Of a stretch of DNA of 64,000 nt, positions 1 to 10,092 are shown in pieces. The position numbers and the translations under genes are program-made. Each line of letters starts with the position of its first letter. Within the stretch, counting starts at the first letter, position 1. Under the pieces are notes generated by a model that had not been told where the DNA came from, made no database searches, and saw only the letters and a program-made list of their open reading frames with translations. This DNA comes from a virus, in IMG/VR virus record IMGVR_UViG_2728369369_000003; one strand, written 5' to 3'.

Positions 1-614
1 GCCGCATTACTGATATCTACCGGGTAAAAATTTATTTGCTGCGGCTCCTCATGGCACGATATGCAAACAGTAGGATCAGTAGTATAGAAAAATACCACAG
101 AGTTATATCGATTAAATGCTGGGTTGATTCTGGACGGAGCCCATCCGTAATCTATGGTTACCTCTCCTCTGAAAAGCTCAGTGCTAAATGATGTATCACC
201 TGTCAACCTAAATAATGCAGACCCATTTAACACTTCCAAACCATATGTAGCTTTCTGCTGCGTTTTAGTCGGCCACACAATGACAGCATAAAACAGGGCA
301 GGAATACGATAATCGGCGGTATTGGTTGTATCTATAAGCACTCGCCTTGCGCCATCAAGGCGCGAGTATCTCCGATGAAACCCCCACGGCCCTCCTATCG
401 ATAACCTGTCATAACCAGCGATGGGGGCACTATTCCAGCAATAGTAATCGTACCCATCAGGAATAACGATCCCTGTATTGAATGGCGCCTTGGCGAGATT
501 TAAGCCATCACCAGGAACTCTTGATACTCCCAAAATTTTTGATACGGTTGTCTCGCTGTTCAGCGTTAGGAATGAACCATCATCACGAAAAATCCTCAGA
601 CCATAGTCACTCAT
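1..614 (-). CDS. Tail-tip associated protein downstream of J (5' part only, runs off window)
   Basis: Near-identical to the first part of ORF 44521-45522; start overlaps the J stop in the same way. Confidence 0.85.
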   Translation of the reverse strand, partial: MSDYGLRIFRDDGSFLTLNSETTVSKILGVSRVPGDGLNLAKAPFNTGIVIPDGYDYYCWNSAPIAGYDRLSIGGPWGFHRRYSRLDGARRVLIDTTNTADYRIPALFYAVIVWPTKTQQKATYGLEVLNGSALFRLTGDTSFSTELFRGEVTIDYGWAPSRINPAFNRYNSVVFFYTTDPTVCISCHEEPQQINFYPVDISNA

Positions 615-1406
615 ACCAGCGTTTTCCTCAAATCTCCCAATTTTATAACTGGCCGGCCTGATTCATCATTAATCTGTATCAGATCGCTATCCATCATTAA
701 ACCAACGCGGCTATCTTTGTGAGATCTAATGGTGAGCTGTCCATCTGGAGTAACAATAAACCTATCGTTAATATTGAGTGATTTCATAAAAGCCTCATCA
801 ATAATAACCTGGCCATTCTGAATGATGAAAGGCAACAACTCGCTGCCATTATTGGGATTCATAACGGCAAAACGATCGGCAAGTATCAGTACTTGGCCAA
901 CACCTCCCTCAGCTGTGGCCTGAATCCCGGCAATAACCTTTTTACCGTCTTGTGTGGTCTGAACCTGCATTGACCACATGGCAGACACATCGCCCTTAAG
1001 ATCTGCCTGCGCCTTAGAAATCACCTGGACAGCAGAAGCATTTTCGCCGACCTGAGCATTAACGTTATCAATCTTCTGAGATAACGCAGCATCCTCCGTC
1101 GCAACAGTCTGAGACAACGCCTGCAATTGAGCCTTAGAGTCACCAACAGCAGACTCCAAAACCGTCAGCGCCTGATCAACTTTAGCTTCTGAATCATCCA
1201 GTGCTTTATTAAACTCATCACGCACCAGATTATTATCAATGCCTTTCAGAAAATCCTGCGTCATTTGGTCAGAGGTGATTTTGTCTTTCAGAATATCGAG
1301 GACACCATCAGCATCACTATTTACCTGACCAACAGCCTCAACGAAAGCAGACTTTCCAACCTGATTAACACTGCGAACATAAAAGTAATAATCTGTACCT
1401 AACTTC
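1..1406. repeat. Direct repeat copy A (J 3' end plus downstream gene), partner at 44909-46314
   Basis: Base-by-base match at constant offset 44,908; about five substitutions in the first ~610 bp by manual count, more within J; similarity drops abruptly after 1406/46314. Confidence 0.95.
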
Positions 1407-3706
1407 AACAGCTGATCTTTTACCCAATAACTCGCGATCCCCAACCGCGATGCTTGTGATTCGATCTGCCGTACATCAACAATTCGATTTTCAGAAAACC
1501 AAAATTCGAACTGCGTATCTTTCTGGTAATAACTAAGACGCGGATTAACCGTTATCTGAAAATAGCCTGGCGTTAACTCAATAAATGTTGGCGCCTCCGG
1601 TTCGGATATATTGAACACCACAGAGGATGGATCACCTTTCTGACCAAACTGGTTAATTGCTCTTACAGACAACTCATATTTACCGAGAGGAAGTAATGAA
1701 AAACGATATTCCATATCGGAGGTTGTCTGCGTTCCAACAACACGATCAGAACGATTCAGTTTTAGCTCAAACTGCACACCACTAACTACCCTTGGCGTAT
1801 CCCACCGCGCAATGGCCTGATATTGACCATCGTCCGGGGTTACCTCTACAGCGAGATGCTCTACGGCTGGAGGAATAGAGGAGCTATCTGAGCCTGGTTT
1901 GGGGTCAAAGTTAGCACCATTATCAACAATTGCCTCTTTCTCTGGGACATGTTGAATGGCCACAACGCTATAAGTGCCGTCTCGATTATCCTTGATAGAT
2001 ATGCAACGATATAAACGCTGACGCAGGGACGGCAACAGCAATGACCACACGCCAAACTCTTTCAGCCCGATGGGGATTCGCTTTAACAACAGCGTATCAG
2101 GGGCCGGATGCCCTTCAACATCCAGGCGAACAGGACGGCCATCATCACCAATAGTGTTTACGGTAACCTTACCGTTTGGCAGAGTGACGGCCCTATCCAA
2201 GGTAATAGTCCGCCGCGCAACATCAACATGAAGTAATCGCCCGCCAATCTGGTTAGCGGCATAGTCATTATCAGCGACCTCGATCACATCACCCGGTAAA
2301 TGCTTGAGCCCGTCAGCACCGACTTTGAAAGATACGGTTTGCACCTCAAGTTTTTCCGTCGTTAAAATCCACAGGCCATGTCGATGCGCTTGTCCTCTGC
2401 TTGTACAGCAAAAGGCGTCGACATCGATCTGATTCAACCCATTAGCAGCGATCGATAAATCATCTGATACATACTCAAAATCCTCTTTCCACCCGTTGTC
2501 AGGGTTAATCCAACGAACGAGTACCGCATTATGCCTAGATGATTTTGGGCTAAAGGTATACGAAAACTTACCATCAACCACATTGGCATTGGTATAGGGC
2601 CAAACGCAATCAGCGGGGCGATCCTGAATAAAGGTAAGTTGCTGACCGTTCCAGACGGGCATACACCGCATGATGGAGCAGAAATCGCTAATCACCTCAT
2701 AAGCAGAACGGCGATCGGTAATATACCCATTACAGCGCATACGCGGCTCGTCACCGCCATAACCATTGGGCACCATGGCATCAGCATATTGTCCTATTGC
2801 GTAAAGAGCCCATTTATCCACGATAACTGAGCCAATTTTTTTACCGAGACCATAGCGGGGATGGGTCAGCACATCGTATAGACACCAAGCAGGATTATCT
2901 GTCCATCCGGGTTTGAATGAGCCATCCCATATACCGCTATACTCCCTGGTCAGCGGGTTATAATTCGCGGGGATTTGCACAATGCGCCCACGGATGTGAT
3001 AGTTACGACTTGGGATTTCACTACCGTACTGCTCACTGTCAAATGTCAACCCGACAACTGCCGTATTGGGATACTGCTGTTGTACGTCAATAATCTCGGT
3101 GTAACTGGCCCACAGCGTTTTGTTTTGTAGTGTGTCGCTGCTGCTGTTAGGTGTATTTCTCACCATTCTGATATCAAACGGACGCGGCGGTAGATCGTCG
3201 ATCACCAACGCATTCAGATATTGCGATGTTGTTTTCCCAGAGATCGTAATGTTTCGCTCTGTCACCCACGCCTTATCCCGCATAATCTGGATCTGCAAAT
3301 CAACTGACGTTCCAACACGGTCGCCGTTGTCCTTAACCTGCACCAAGGACTGCACACCAAACGTAAAGCGCAGGCGGTCAATGTTTGTAGAGGTAATGGT
3401 GCGAGTCAACGGTGCGCCGTTTTTAATTTCAGCGTTTACCGGCACCTCCGTTCCCGACCCTTCAAACCCTTTCAGTGCCGGCTGCTCGTTCTCACCAGCT
3501 ACCCACTGCAGGCTCATGCCATTCACGTTACTGTTGCCGTTACTGTCCACCGCCGGCGTCATTTTCAGCAGGACACTCTGCAGGCCATTAACCGGTCCCT
3601 CGATTGGCCCCTCACCGATCGCATCGATAATTGAAACCTTCTGCTTTGATTTCAGGCTATCGGGTTGTTCATAAGGCGTATGCTGCTCGCCCCCACCTTT
3701 TCCCAT
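611..3706 (-). CDS. J: Tail tip / host-specificity protein J
   Basis: 1031 aa, MGKGGG start, DAIGEGPIEG motif, FN3-like C-terminal blocks, follows L-K-I. Confidence 0.93.
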   Translation of the reverse strand: MGKGGGEQHTPYEQPDSLKSKQKVSIIDAIGEGPIEGPVNGLQSVLLKMTPAVDSNGNSNVNGMSLQWVAGENEQPALKGFEGSGTEVPVNAEIKNGAPLTRTITSTNIDRLRFTFGVQSLVQVKDNGDRVGTSVDLQIQIMRDKAWVTERNITISGKTTSQYLNALVIDDLPPRPFDIRMVRNTPNSSSDTLQNKTLWASYTEIIDVQQQYPNTAVVGLTFDSEQYGSEIPSRNYHIRGRIVQIPANYNPLTREYSGIWDGSFKPGWTDNPAWCLYDVLTHPRYGLGKKIGSVIVDKWALYAIGQYADAMVPNGYGGDEPRMRCNGYITDRRSAYEVISDFCSIMRCMPVWNGQQLTFIQDRPADCVWPYTNANVVDGKFSYTFSPKSSRHNAVLVRWINPDNGWKEDFEYVSDDLSIAANGLNQIDVDAFCCTSRGQAHRHGLWILTTEKLEVQTVSFKVGADGLKHLPGDVIEVADNDYAANQIGGRLLHVDVARRTITLDRAVTLPNGKVTVNTIGDDGRPVRLDVEGHPAPDTLLLKRIPIGLKEFGVWSLLLPSLRQRLYRCISIKDNRDGTYSVVAIQHVPEKEAIVDNGANFDPKPGSDSSSIPPAVEHLAVEVTPDDGQYQAIARWDTPRVVSGVQFELKLNRSDRVVGTQTTSDMEYRFSLLPLGKYELSVRAINQFGQKGDPSSVVFNISEPEAPTFIELTPGYFQITVNPRLSYYQKDTQFEFWFSENRIVDVRQIESQASRLGIASYWVKDQLLKLGTDYYFYVRSVNQVGKSAFVEAVGQVNSDADGVLDILKDKITSDQMTQDFLKGIDNNLVRDEFNKALDDSEAKVDQALTVLESAVGDSKAQLQALSQTVATEDAALSQKIDNVNAQVGENASAVQVISKAQADLKGDVSAMWSMQVQTTQDGKKVIAGIQATAEGGVGQVLILADRFAVMNPNNGSELLPFIIQNGQVIIDEAFMKSLNINDRFIVTPDGQLTIRSHKDSRVGLMMDSDLIQINDESGRPVIKLGDLRKTLV

Positions 3707-3726
3707 GGTCTGTGCTCCAGAAACAG

Positions 3727-3748
3727 AAAAACCACCCGAAGGTGGCTT
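3727..3748 (-). terminator. Intrinsic terminator-like hairpin between I and J
   Basis: Minus strand CCACC-TTCG-GGTGG followed by T run. Confidence 0.5.
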
Positions 3749-3765
3749 ATTGAATAGCGCGAAAA

Positions 3766-4413
3766 TTATAACTTCTGACCAGCCTTACCGAGATCGACAT
3801 CAGTATCACCGTTGCCATCCCATACACTGACAGACTGCGATATAACCCGCGACCCGGTGAGGATCTCGCCATAGGGAATGGGCATGACATTTCCCTGTGA
3901 AACAGCATTATCCAGGTTAGAGAAATAACTGTTACCCTTTCCGTTATCGCTCTGTGACGACGCTGGCGTCCGAGGTGTTGGCGTCAGCATTTGAGCAACA
4001 CCTCCCAACATCATCCCGATACCCGCCGCTGTAAGGGCTGAGCTAATCCCTGTCCAAGATGTCAATAAACCAACGGTAGTGAGTACGGCACCAGCAATAA
4101 ACTGGAAGATACCGCCTTTCGCCGCGCCCTCCATACGCGGGACGATATGCACAATCGCCCCGATGGGAAGTGGCTCATGCAAACGCTGCATTACTTTGTC
4201 TGGTGCCACATCATGACCCGCAATACGCACCTGATACCACCCTGCGCGTAAGTGCTGACGTAAACCACTAACCTGCACTAGCAAGGCGTGGAGCCCCTCA
4301 GCTGCCGTCATGACCTGTAATGGAATTCTGCGGCCAAATCGTTGCAGATCCCCGTGAAGGAGGAAGGTTGCCATTCCGCATGTCGCCACAGGCTGTGTAT
4401 GCGTCGTTGCCAT
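3766..4413 (-). CDS. I: Tail assembly protein I
   Basis: LHGDLQRFG N-terminus, Gly/Ala hydrophobic core, PxPYGE motif, overlaps K end as in lambda. Confidence 0.9.
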   Translation of the reverse strand: MATTHTQPVATCGMATFLLHGDLQRFGRRIPLQVMTAAEGLHALLVQVSGLRQHLRAGWYQVRIAGHDVAPDKVMQRLHEPLPIGAIVHIVPRMEGAAKGGIFQFIAGAVLTTVGLLTSWTGISSALTAAGIGMMLGGVAQMLTPTPRTPASSQSDNGKGNSYFSNLDNAVSQGNVMPIPYGEILTGSRVISQSVSVWDGNGDTDVDLGKAGQKL

Positions 4414-5042
4414 GATCCGGTTAACTCCTCTCGCTTGCTGAGTTGGTTTGGAAGGTGATGCAGGATGGTCTGCCCACCACAGTAAATGGCGGCGTGGTTA
4501 GCGACAGAGCAGCCATAGCAGAACAGCATAATGTCACCTGCCTGTGCCGCACCTTTGACCTGCCTGAATCCTGTGGCCGCCATATTATCCAGATAGAGAT
4601 TTTGCCCATGTCGCCACCAATCATCCTCACGAGGAAAATCCGGCATAGCGATTCCAGCCAGATGATAGGCATCCTGGAACAGGGTGTAACAGTCCATCAC
4701 GCCATGTTCAAATTGCCTGCCCAACAACGGCGGAACGCAGCGGAATCTCTGGACTGAACCATCACAGACCAACCACCAAGGCAAAGCACTTTGTACTTGG
4801 AGTAACCGATCTGCAGAGCTTAAATGCGGGGGGCCATCCGGGTGGCTATGCACCAGCGCGATAACATCGCCTTTGGTCTGTGCCGTCAAAAAGTCCTCTG
4901 GCGTCATTCGAAAATACTGCGTTGGCTCAATCGAACGATTCTCAGCCGGCAGGAAAATATCACCTTGTTGTGTGCGTACTACATAACCGCACGCCTCCAT
5001 AGGCGCGCATTGGCTGGCGTACGCGATGAGATCATCAACCAT
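4308..5042 (-). CDS. K: Tail assembly protein K (JAB + NlpC/P60)
   Basis: HSHP...SxAD JAB motif, DCY and NHAAIY NlpC motifs; start taken at MVDDLI (5042). Confidence 0.9.
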   Translation of the reverse strand: MVDDLIAYASQCAPMEACGYVVRTQQGDIFLPAENRSIEPTQYFRMTPEDFLTAQTKGDVIALVHSHPDGPPHLSSADRLLQVQSALPWWLVCDGSVQRFRCVPPLLGRQFEHGVMDCYTLFQDAYHLAGIAMPDFPREDDWWRHGQNLYLDNMAATGFRQVKGAAQAGDIMLFCYGCSVANHAAIYCGGQTILHHLPNQLSKREELTGSWQRRIHSLWRHAEWQPSSFTGICNDLAAEFHYRS

Positions 5043-5077
5043 ATGACTCCCAATGAAAAAAGCCCACCAAGGTGGGT

Positions 5078-5776
5078 TCACCTCGATAGCTTACTGATCG
5101 ACAGGAATCCACCAAAGCGGCCCATGTTATTACGCAGATCACACGATTTACGGCACTTCCCACACTTGTCTTTGAGCGGATCGCTAGTCGGTTTATCAAA
5201 CTCATCGGCCACAGCCGCCCCCCGGTAACCACACTCATCAGAGCGATATACCCAGGAGCAAATGTCCGCCAACATGGTCCTGCCAGGGAACTGAGCGCCA
5301 TCAGTCTCTGTCGGAATAGAGAGCGTGAATATAGCCCACTCACAGGTTAGCTCCGACAGCTGCTGAACCTCATAGCGAGATACAACCTCCTCGGTGGGAT
5401 CTGCCGTAGGATTCCCACGCTCAAAGTTCTCCTCATCCAAAAAGCAGGCATAGACCTGTCTCCGTACTACTCTAGCGCCAACCAAGCCATCATAATCCTC
5501 TGCTAGCCCAGTAATCAGGCCAAACAGATTGGATAACTTCATCGTTGGGCGGTTACCGGGCCCCTTGCCGTTAAACTCAAATCCATCACCACCGGCAGGG
5601 TATGGTTCATATTTACGCCCCTGCCAGGTAATAGCCTCTCCGCGCTCATTAACCCCATCGTGGAAAAAGAAGCGTGTACCGCCAAATGGGGTGAGATCGA
5701 TCTCCCACAAATCGAGGTGGGGATTTTGCGTAAACGCCCCCAACTGTCTCAGTGTGCCTTGAGGGATATCTTGCAT
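5078..5776 (-). CDS. L: Minor tail protein L
   Basis: DLWEIDL start, C-terminal Cys cluster (CSWVYRSDECGY...CGK...SC), position M-L-K. Confidence 0.92.
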   Translation of the reverse strand: MQDIPQGTLRQLGAFTQNPHLDLWEIDLTPFGGTRFFFHDGVNERGEAITWQGRKYEPYPAGGDGFEFNGKGPGNRPTMKLSNLFGLITGLAEDYDGLVGARVVRRQVYACFLDEENFERGNPTADPTEEVVSRYEVQQLSELTCEWAIFTLSIPTETDGAQFPGRTMLADICSWVYRSDECGYRGAAVADEFDKPTSDPLKDKCGKCRKSCDLRNNMGRFGGFLSISKLSR

Positions 5777-5785
5777 ACAGCCTCC

Positions 5786-6115
5786 TTATGCCGCCACCTG
5801 ATCGAACTTGCAGGATACGTCAACATAGTTGTTATAGACCTGCTCAGACCATTCACGGCATACCACACGGATCAGGACGTGCCTCTGTGGAGAGCGCCAC
5901 AGGAACGCCTTTACTGCACCTTGACGACGGAAAAACGCTTCGATCTCCCTAAACTCGTCATGGCTAACGCGGAATACCGGGGAATAGCTCTCCAGGATAT
6001 GGTTAATGCCAGCTGGCCGCCGCTGCTCATAGCCATCGCCAAATTTAACCACAGTAACGCTGGGCTTAATGGACGCCCCCATAGCTGGCCGTGGCGACCA
6101 GTGAAAAGTATCCAT
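5786..6115 (-). CDS. M: Minor tail protein M (distal tail)
   Basis: 109 aa, VKFGDGYEQR motif. Confidence 0.92.
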   Translation of the reverse strand: MDTFHWSPRPAMGASIKPSVTVVKFGDGYEQRRPAGINHILESYSPVFRVSHDEFREIEAFFRRQGAVKAFLWRSPQRHVLIRVVCREWSEQVYNNYVDVSCKFDQVAA

Positions 6116-6134
6116 ATTTATTTATCTCAATAGT

Positions 6135-6161
6135 AAAAACCCGCCATTGGGCGGGTTATTT
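6135..6161. terminator. Bidirectional hairpin terminator between moron and M
   Basis: AACCCGCC-ATTG-GGCGGGTT flanked by A/T runs. Confidence 0.65.
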
Positions 6162-6166
6162 GTTCA

Positions 6167-6520
6167 TTAAGGCTTAACCTTATATCCATCATCAGTGCAT
6201 ATAGGGTATGAAATAGGATCATCAGATAAGCCGCCTTGCGCCCACACTATTTTTCCTAGCTTATCCTGTCTTACATCCATAATAATGACTTGATTACCAA
6301 CATACCCACCATAGGAGTTTTTTGAATTAACCCAAGCACAATATGTCTCACCGCCTTTATAATCCTGCCAAGTATATTTGGCACTGTAAGGATCTTTCAG
6401 CCTTGAGTTAACAACATCCATAATCACTTGCTTTTCTGATTGCGCCAGGTCCCTCGCCATGACAGATGTCGAAACAAACGCCGACACACCACATAGGGCT
6501 ACCAATATTAATGTTCTCAT
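6167..6520 (-). CDS. Hypothetical exported protein (moron between tape measure and M)
   Basis: GGAGG RBS before MRTLILVAL (6520), signal-peptide-like N-terminus, AT-rich, own terminator. Confidence 0.75.
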   Translation of the reverse strand: MRTLILVALCGVSAFVSTSVMARDLAQSEKQVIMDVVNSRLKDPYSAKYTWQDYKGGETYCAWVNSKNSYGGYVGNQVIIMDVRQDKLGKIVWAQGGLSDDPISYPICTDDGYKVKP

Positions 6521-6573
6521 AACGCCTCCTATCTGTGTTATGCCCGAATACTGGCACAATCCAGGAGAAAATG

Positions 6574-9507
6574 CTAAGACCGACGCCGGACGAACTGATC
6601 CAGATCGCCGCCATCACGCATTGCATCTTGCAACTTAGCCTCTACCGTGCCAATCACCCACTGTTTAACCTCCTTCGTGAAAGCCGGCTGCTGCGTATTA
6701 TCGACATCACCTTTGTCTTGATGCACTGATATGGGAACCGAAATGTTCAGCGTAATCGGCGCCTTTGGCGTTGCCACTGACGCAGAGGGTGATGGCGTCG
6801 ATGGCGATCTGCCCCCAACCAACCCCCCATCAGCATAACCCTTTCCATAAGTCAGTTGATTGAGAAAGCCCAACATACCCGGTTGCTTTACCACCTCTTG
6901 AGGGACAACCCATTCTCCTCGGTGAACGACACCTGCAACGTCATGCTTTCCGCCATCACCGGTATAGCCACCACTGGCCCACCCCATGAGACTGGTTCCG
7001 GCTTTAACCAAATTAAATATGGCCATTTTTGCCATCATAGCGGCAATATCAGACAATACCGAGGTTGCAAAGGAGCGGAAATCGCCCTTACCCTTCACGA
7101 CAAAGTTCGCTACCGCGTCCCCCATCGAGTTCATGGTATTCATCGCCGCATCCTGCGCCAGACTAAAGGAGTTACCTGCAGCCTCTTGCCAGTCCTGCAG
7201 CCCTTTTTTCATCCCCTCATAGCCATCGGCTTCAATCGTAACTTTTTTATCGTTGCTAGCTTGAACTATAGCTATTTGCTCTTGTTCTGAAACCCGCAAT
7301 TGTTCAATCCGTGTCTGATATTGCTTTGAGCTCTTATTAAGATATAAATCATCTAACTGCTCTTTCCGCTTCCGAAAATCGTCCTGAATGCGCTGGATCT
7401 CAACCATCTGATCATAGGCGGCTGGGGTCATGCTCATCTGCGCAATTTTGTTGTTATGCTCCTGCTGCAACTGGCGGGTAGATTCGGCCACATCACGCAT
7501 CTGCTCCTGGGCTTTCAACGCAATCTGATGCTGCTGCGCGGCTTTCTCCAGGCTGACGTTGATCTGCAGCTGGGCGCGTAGTTGGGCCTCGGCGTTCAGC
7601 AAGCTCTTCTGACTGGCTGTCAGTATCCGTTTGCTTTTTATCTCAGCCATTTCCTGATTAAAGGCCAACAGCTTTTTCTCAGCGGCGGTCAGATCCTCGG
7701 TCGTCACATTTTGCTGACGTAACACCACCTCCTGCTGCTTTAACTCCGCCAAGCGGCGAGTGGCCTCATCATCCTTATAAGCTCCCGTTGCTTTCTTCTG
7801 GCGTTCGCTATACATCTTATCGACGCCTTTCAACGCCTGTGCATACTCGTCAGCCGTCATCCTGCCTGCTTTATAGCGGGCGTTGATTGCATCGGTGAGT
7901 TTGATAGCCTCGACTTTCTTATCGGCGCCCGCTTTCATCACAGCCGCGATCTGACTTTCCGTGCGCAGTGTTTCTAACGCCTGCTGCTGCTCATCCTTGA
8001 GTTTACGGGTTCGCTCTTCGGCTTTTGCCTTATCATCGGCCGCGGAGGATGAGGCGGCCTTAATCTGCGGTATCTGCGCAGATAACAGACCAAACTCCCC
8101 CATCGCAACGTTGGCACCGCGCCAGCCCAACGCCAGCTGCTTCAGCGACTCGGTCTGTTCATCTGTCAGGCGCTTCTGCTCTTCCAGATTGCGCTTGGCC
8201 GCCTCTGCCGCCTCCTTTTGCGCCAGATCACCGGCAGCGACCTTTTCCCCCCGGCGCTCCAGCGCGGCAATCTGCTGGATGATGGTTTCATTTAACACCA
8301 CGCCCTGCTGCGTCAACTGTTCCATGGCACGTAGCGGATCATCACGCAGGGCGCTCAGCTGACTGACCAACTCATCAGCACTGCCGCCGGCCTCATCTAT
8401 CTGCCTGGCCAGATCGGCAACCTCAGTCAGCGCCCCTCCGGAGAACCCAGCGGATACCGCCGCCTGAACCCCCTTCATAGCGCTCTCTGTCCCGCCAAGT
8501 TGGGTGGCTAACCGACGTAGATCAGAAACCGTCATTACAGACTGCATGCCGCTTTTCATCAGCGCAGCATTGAACTTTTGCGCCTCCATTTCGGCGGTGT
8601 TATACGCTGAGTACAGCATTGTGACTGCAGCCGATGCCGCCATAATGCCGATACCAACGGGACCGCCCAAAAGAGACATCGCCCCACGCAACATGCCAGC
8701 GCTACTGGCTGCCATGCGCTGACTAAACGACAGCTCCTGATTGGCGGCGGATAACTGATCCGTTGCAGCTGCCAGTTGTTTCTTTGCTGTAGCTTCGGTG
8801 GAATCCAACTCCACCATCTGCAAATTGGCCGCAACCAGCTTTTTCTTGGCGTTGGCCTCAGCGAGGTTAGCCTCAGCGATCACCCTGGCATTTTGCTCAT
8901 GCTCTTTTTCATAAGAAAGCAGGATGCCATATTCCTTATTGACCTGAGCCTGATTCGCTAAATACTCATCCAGCGCGAACGCCTGCTCACGCTGAGCAGT
9001 TGCTGCGTCAATCGTTTTACGGGCGATATCTGCCTGAGCCTGGGCCTGCTCTCGCGTTGCCTTTATGCCGCTGATGACTCCTTGCGCGTGCTCGGCCTGC
9101 GCAGTCATCGCCTCAAAAAATGCAACTTTTTGCTGCTGTAACCCACCGGTGCTCTTCTCTATCGCCGTGGTCAGCCCCGTCCCCAACGCCGGGATCAGGG
9201 CCGATGTAATGGTGCTCCCGGCAACCGTCCCGCCGGACACTACATTAGCCAACACATCACGCAGACGATCGAACCCAACGATGTTCTCTTGGGTTCGACG
9301 AGACAGAAGCTGAAAATCGGCGTCTGCTTTTTTAGCGCCTACCCCGATGTCTTCAAACGCCTTCTTTGTTTTTTGGGCTTCGGTTTGGGCCTTTCGGTTG
9401 AATTGCTGAGCACCTGAGTCCGCAGAGCGCATCGCGTCAGAGAACTGGGATTTAAAGCTGGCCGCATTCAGGTGCAATGCAACCGCCAGTGATGCAACAT
9501 CACCCAT
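6574..9507 (-). CDS. H: Tape measure protein
   Basis: ~977 aa Ala/Gln-rich coiled coil, GWASGGYTG..AGVVHRGEWV C-terminal lambda-type motif; start taken at MGDVASL. Confidence 0.92.
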   Translation of the reverse strand: MGDVASLAVALHLNAASFKSQFSDAMRSADSGAQQFNRKAQTEAQKTKKAFEDIGVGAKKADADFQLLSRRTQENIVGFDRLRDVLANVVSGGTVAGSTITSALIPALGTGLTTAIEKSTGGLQQQKVAFFEAMTAQAEHAQGVISGIKATREQAQAQADIARKTIDAATAQREQAFALDEYLANQAQVNKEYGILLSYEKEHEQNARVIAEANLAEANAKKKLVAANLQMVELDSTEATAKKQLAAATDQLSAANQELSFSQRMAASSAGMLRGAMSLLGGPVGIGIMAASAAVTMLYSAYNTAEMEAQKFNAALMKSGMQSVMTVSDLRRLATQLGGTESAMKGVQAAVSAGFSGGALTEVADLARQIDEAGGSADELVSQLSALRDDPLRAMEQLTQQGVVLNETIIQQIAALERRGEKVAAGDLAQKEAAEAAKRNLEEQKRLTDEQTESLKQLALGWRGANVAMGEFGLLSAQIPQIKAASSSAADDKAKAEERTRKLKDEQQQALETLRTESQIAAVMKAGADKKVEAIKLTDAINARYKAGRMTADEYAQALKGVDKMYSERQKKATGAYKDDEATRRLAELKQQEVVLRQQNVTTEDLTAAEKKLLAFNQEMAEIKSKRILTASQKSLLNAEAQLRAQLQINVSLEKAAQQHQIALKAQEQMRDVAESTRQLQQEHNNKIAQMSMTPAAYDQMVEIQRIQDDFRKRKEQLDDLYLNKSSKQYQTRIEQLRVSEQEQIAIVQASNDKKVTIEADGYEGMKKGLQDWQEAAGNSFSLAQDAAMNTMNSMGDAVANFVVKGKGDFRSFATSVLSDIAAMMAKMAIFNLVKAGTSLMGWASGGYTGDGGKHDVAGVVHRGEWVVPQEVVKQPGMLGFLNQLTYGKGYADGGLVGGRSPSTPSPSASVATPKAPITLNISVPISVHQDKGDVDNTQQPAFTKEVKQWVIGTVEAKLQDAMRDGGDLDQFVRRRS

Positions 9508-9748
9508 AACCAATCACCCGTAAACATTGAGAGAAATCATCAGAATCGCCATCCACAACCGGATCTGGCGTGGCCGTATCCGTAAGTAGCGGGAGTCCTG
9601 ATTCCTTAATGGCATCCTGCTTCAAGTTCCTGAACGCCTGCCAGTGCAACAAAAGGTCGGCAGGGAGATCTAGCAGCTTTCTGGGATCTCTCTCGCCAAG
9701 GCTGTCGGCCAGTGCAAACAGCTCCCACAGCCAGGGCGAGTCCCTCAG
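9500..9748 (-). CDS. T: Tail assembly chaperone GT extension (-1 frame, no own start; missed by ORF track)
   Basis: Manual translation after the slip site: LRDSPWLWELFALADSLGERDPRKLLDLPADLLLHWQAF...VIGYG*, stop overlaps tape measure start. Confidence 0.8.
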   Translation of the reverse strand: MRDSPWLWELFALADSLGERDPRKLLDLPADLLLHWQAFRNLKQDAIKESGLPLLTDTATPDPVVDGDSDDFSQCLRVIGYG

Positions 9749-10083
9749 TTTTTTTTGGCTTCCTCCAACGTGCCATAGCTATGGCGTTGCACATCGGTCA
9801 CCGCCTGCAAAATATCAGCCTGAGCCTGACAGCCAAGAATCTGTACTGCGGTAGGGAGTTCCTTCGGACTGGGCTTGCTGCCGTCGGGATGCACCAGCGC
9901 TGAGAGGAACAAATTAACCCCAAGCTCAGACAGCGCTTGAGCATTACCTTTCTCTGCATCGATGCTGTTGTTGTACTCCATCAGCTCCATGGCAGTAAGG
10001 CGCCGGATAGTCACCCGCTGGCCAAAGGCATCGATAGTTGTCGGTGAGCTGTTCGGCTGAAGTAATAAGTCTTTATAAAGCAT
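9745..10083 (-). CDS. G: Tail assembly chaperone G
   Basis: 112 aa between tube and tape measure genes, ends GCC AAA AAA AAC TGA (A AAA AAC slippery heptamer). Confidence 0.85.
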   Translation of the reverse strand: MLYKDLLLQPNSSPTTIDAFGQRVTIRRLTAMELMEYNNSIDAEKGNAQALSELGVNLFLSALVHPDGSKPSPKELPTAVQILGCQAQADILQAVTDVQRHSYGTLEEAKKN

Positions 10084-10092
10084 GAAGCCTCC

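Noticed and set aside
9606-9794. ORF-track 62-aa ORF as the T chaperone
   Set aside because: Wrong frame; the -1 frame after the slippery site gives the T-like sequence that reaches the tape-measure start.
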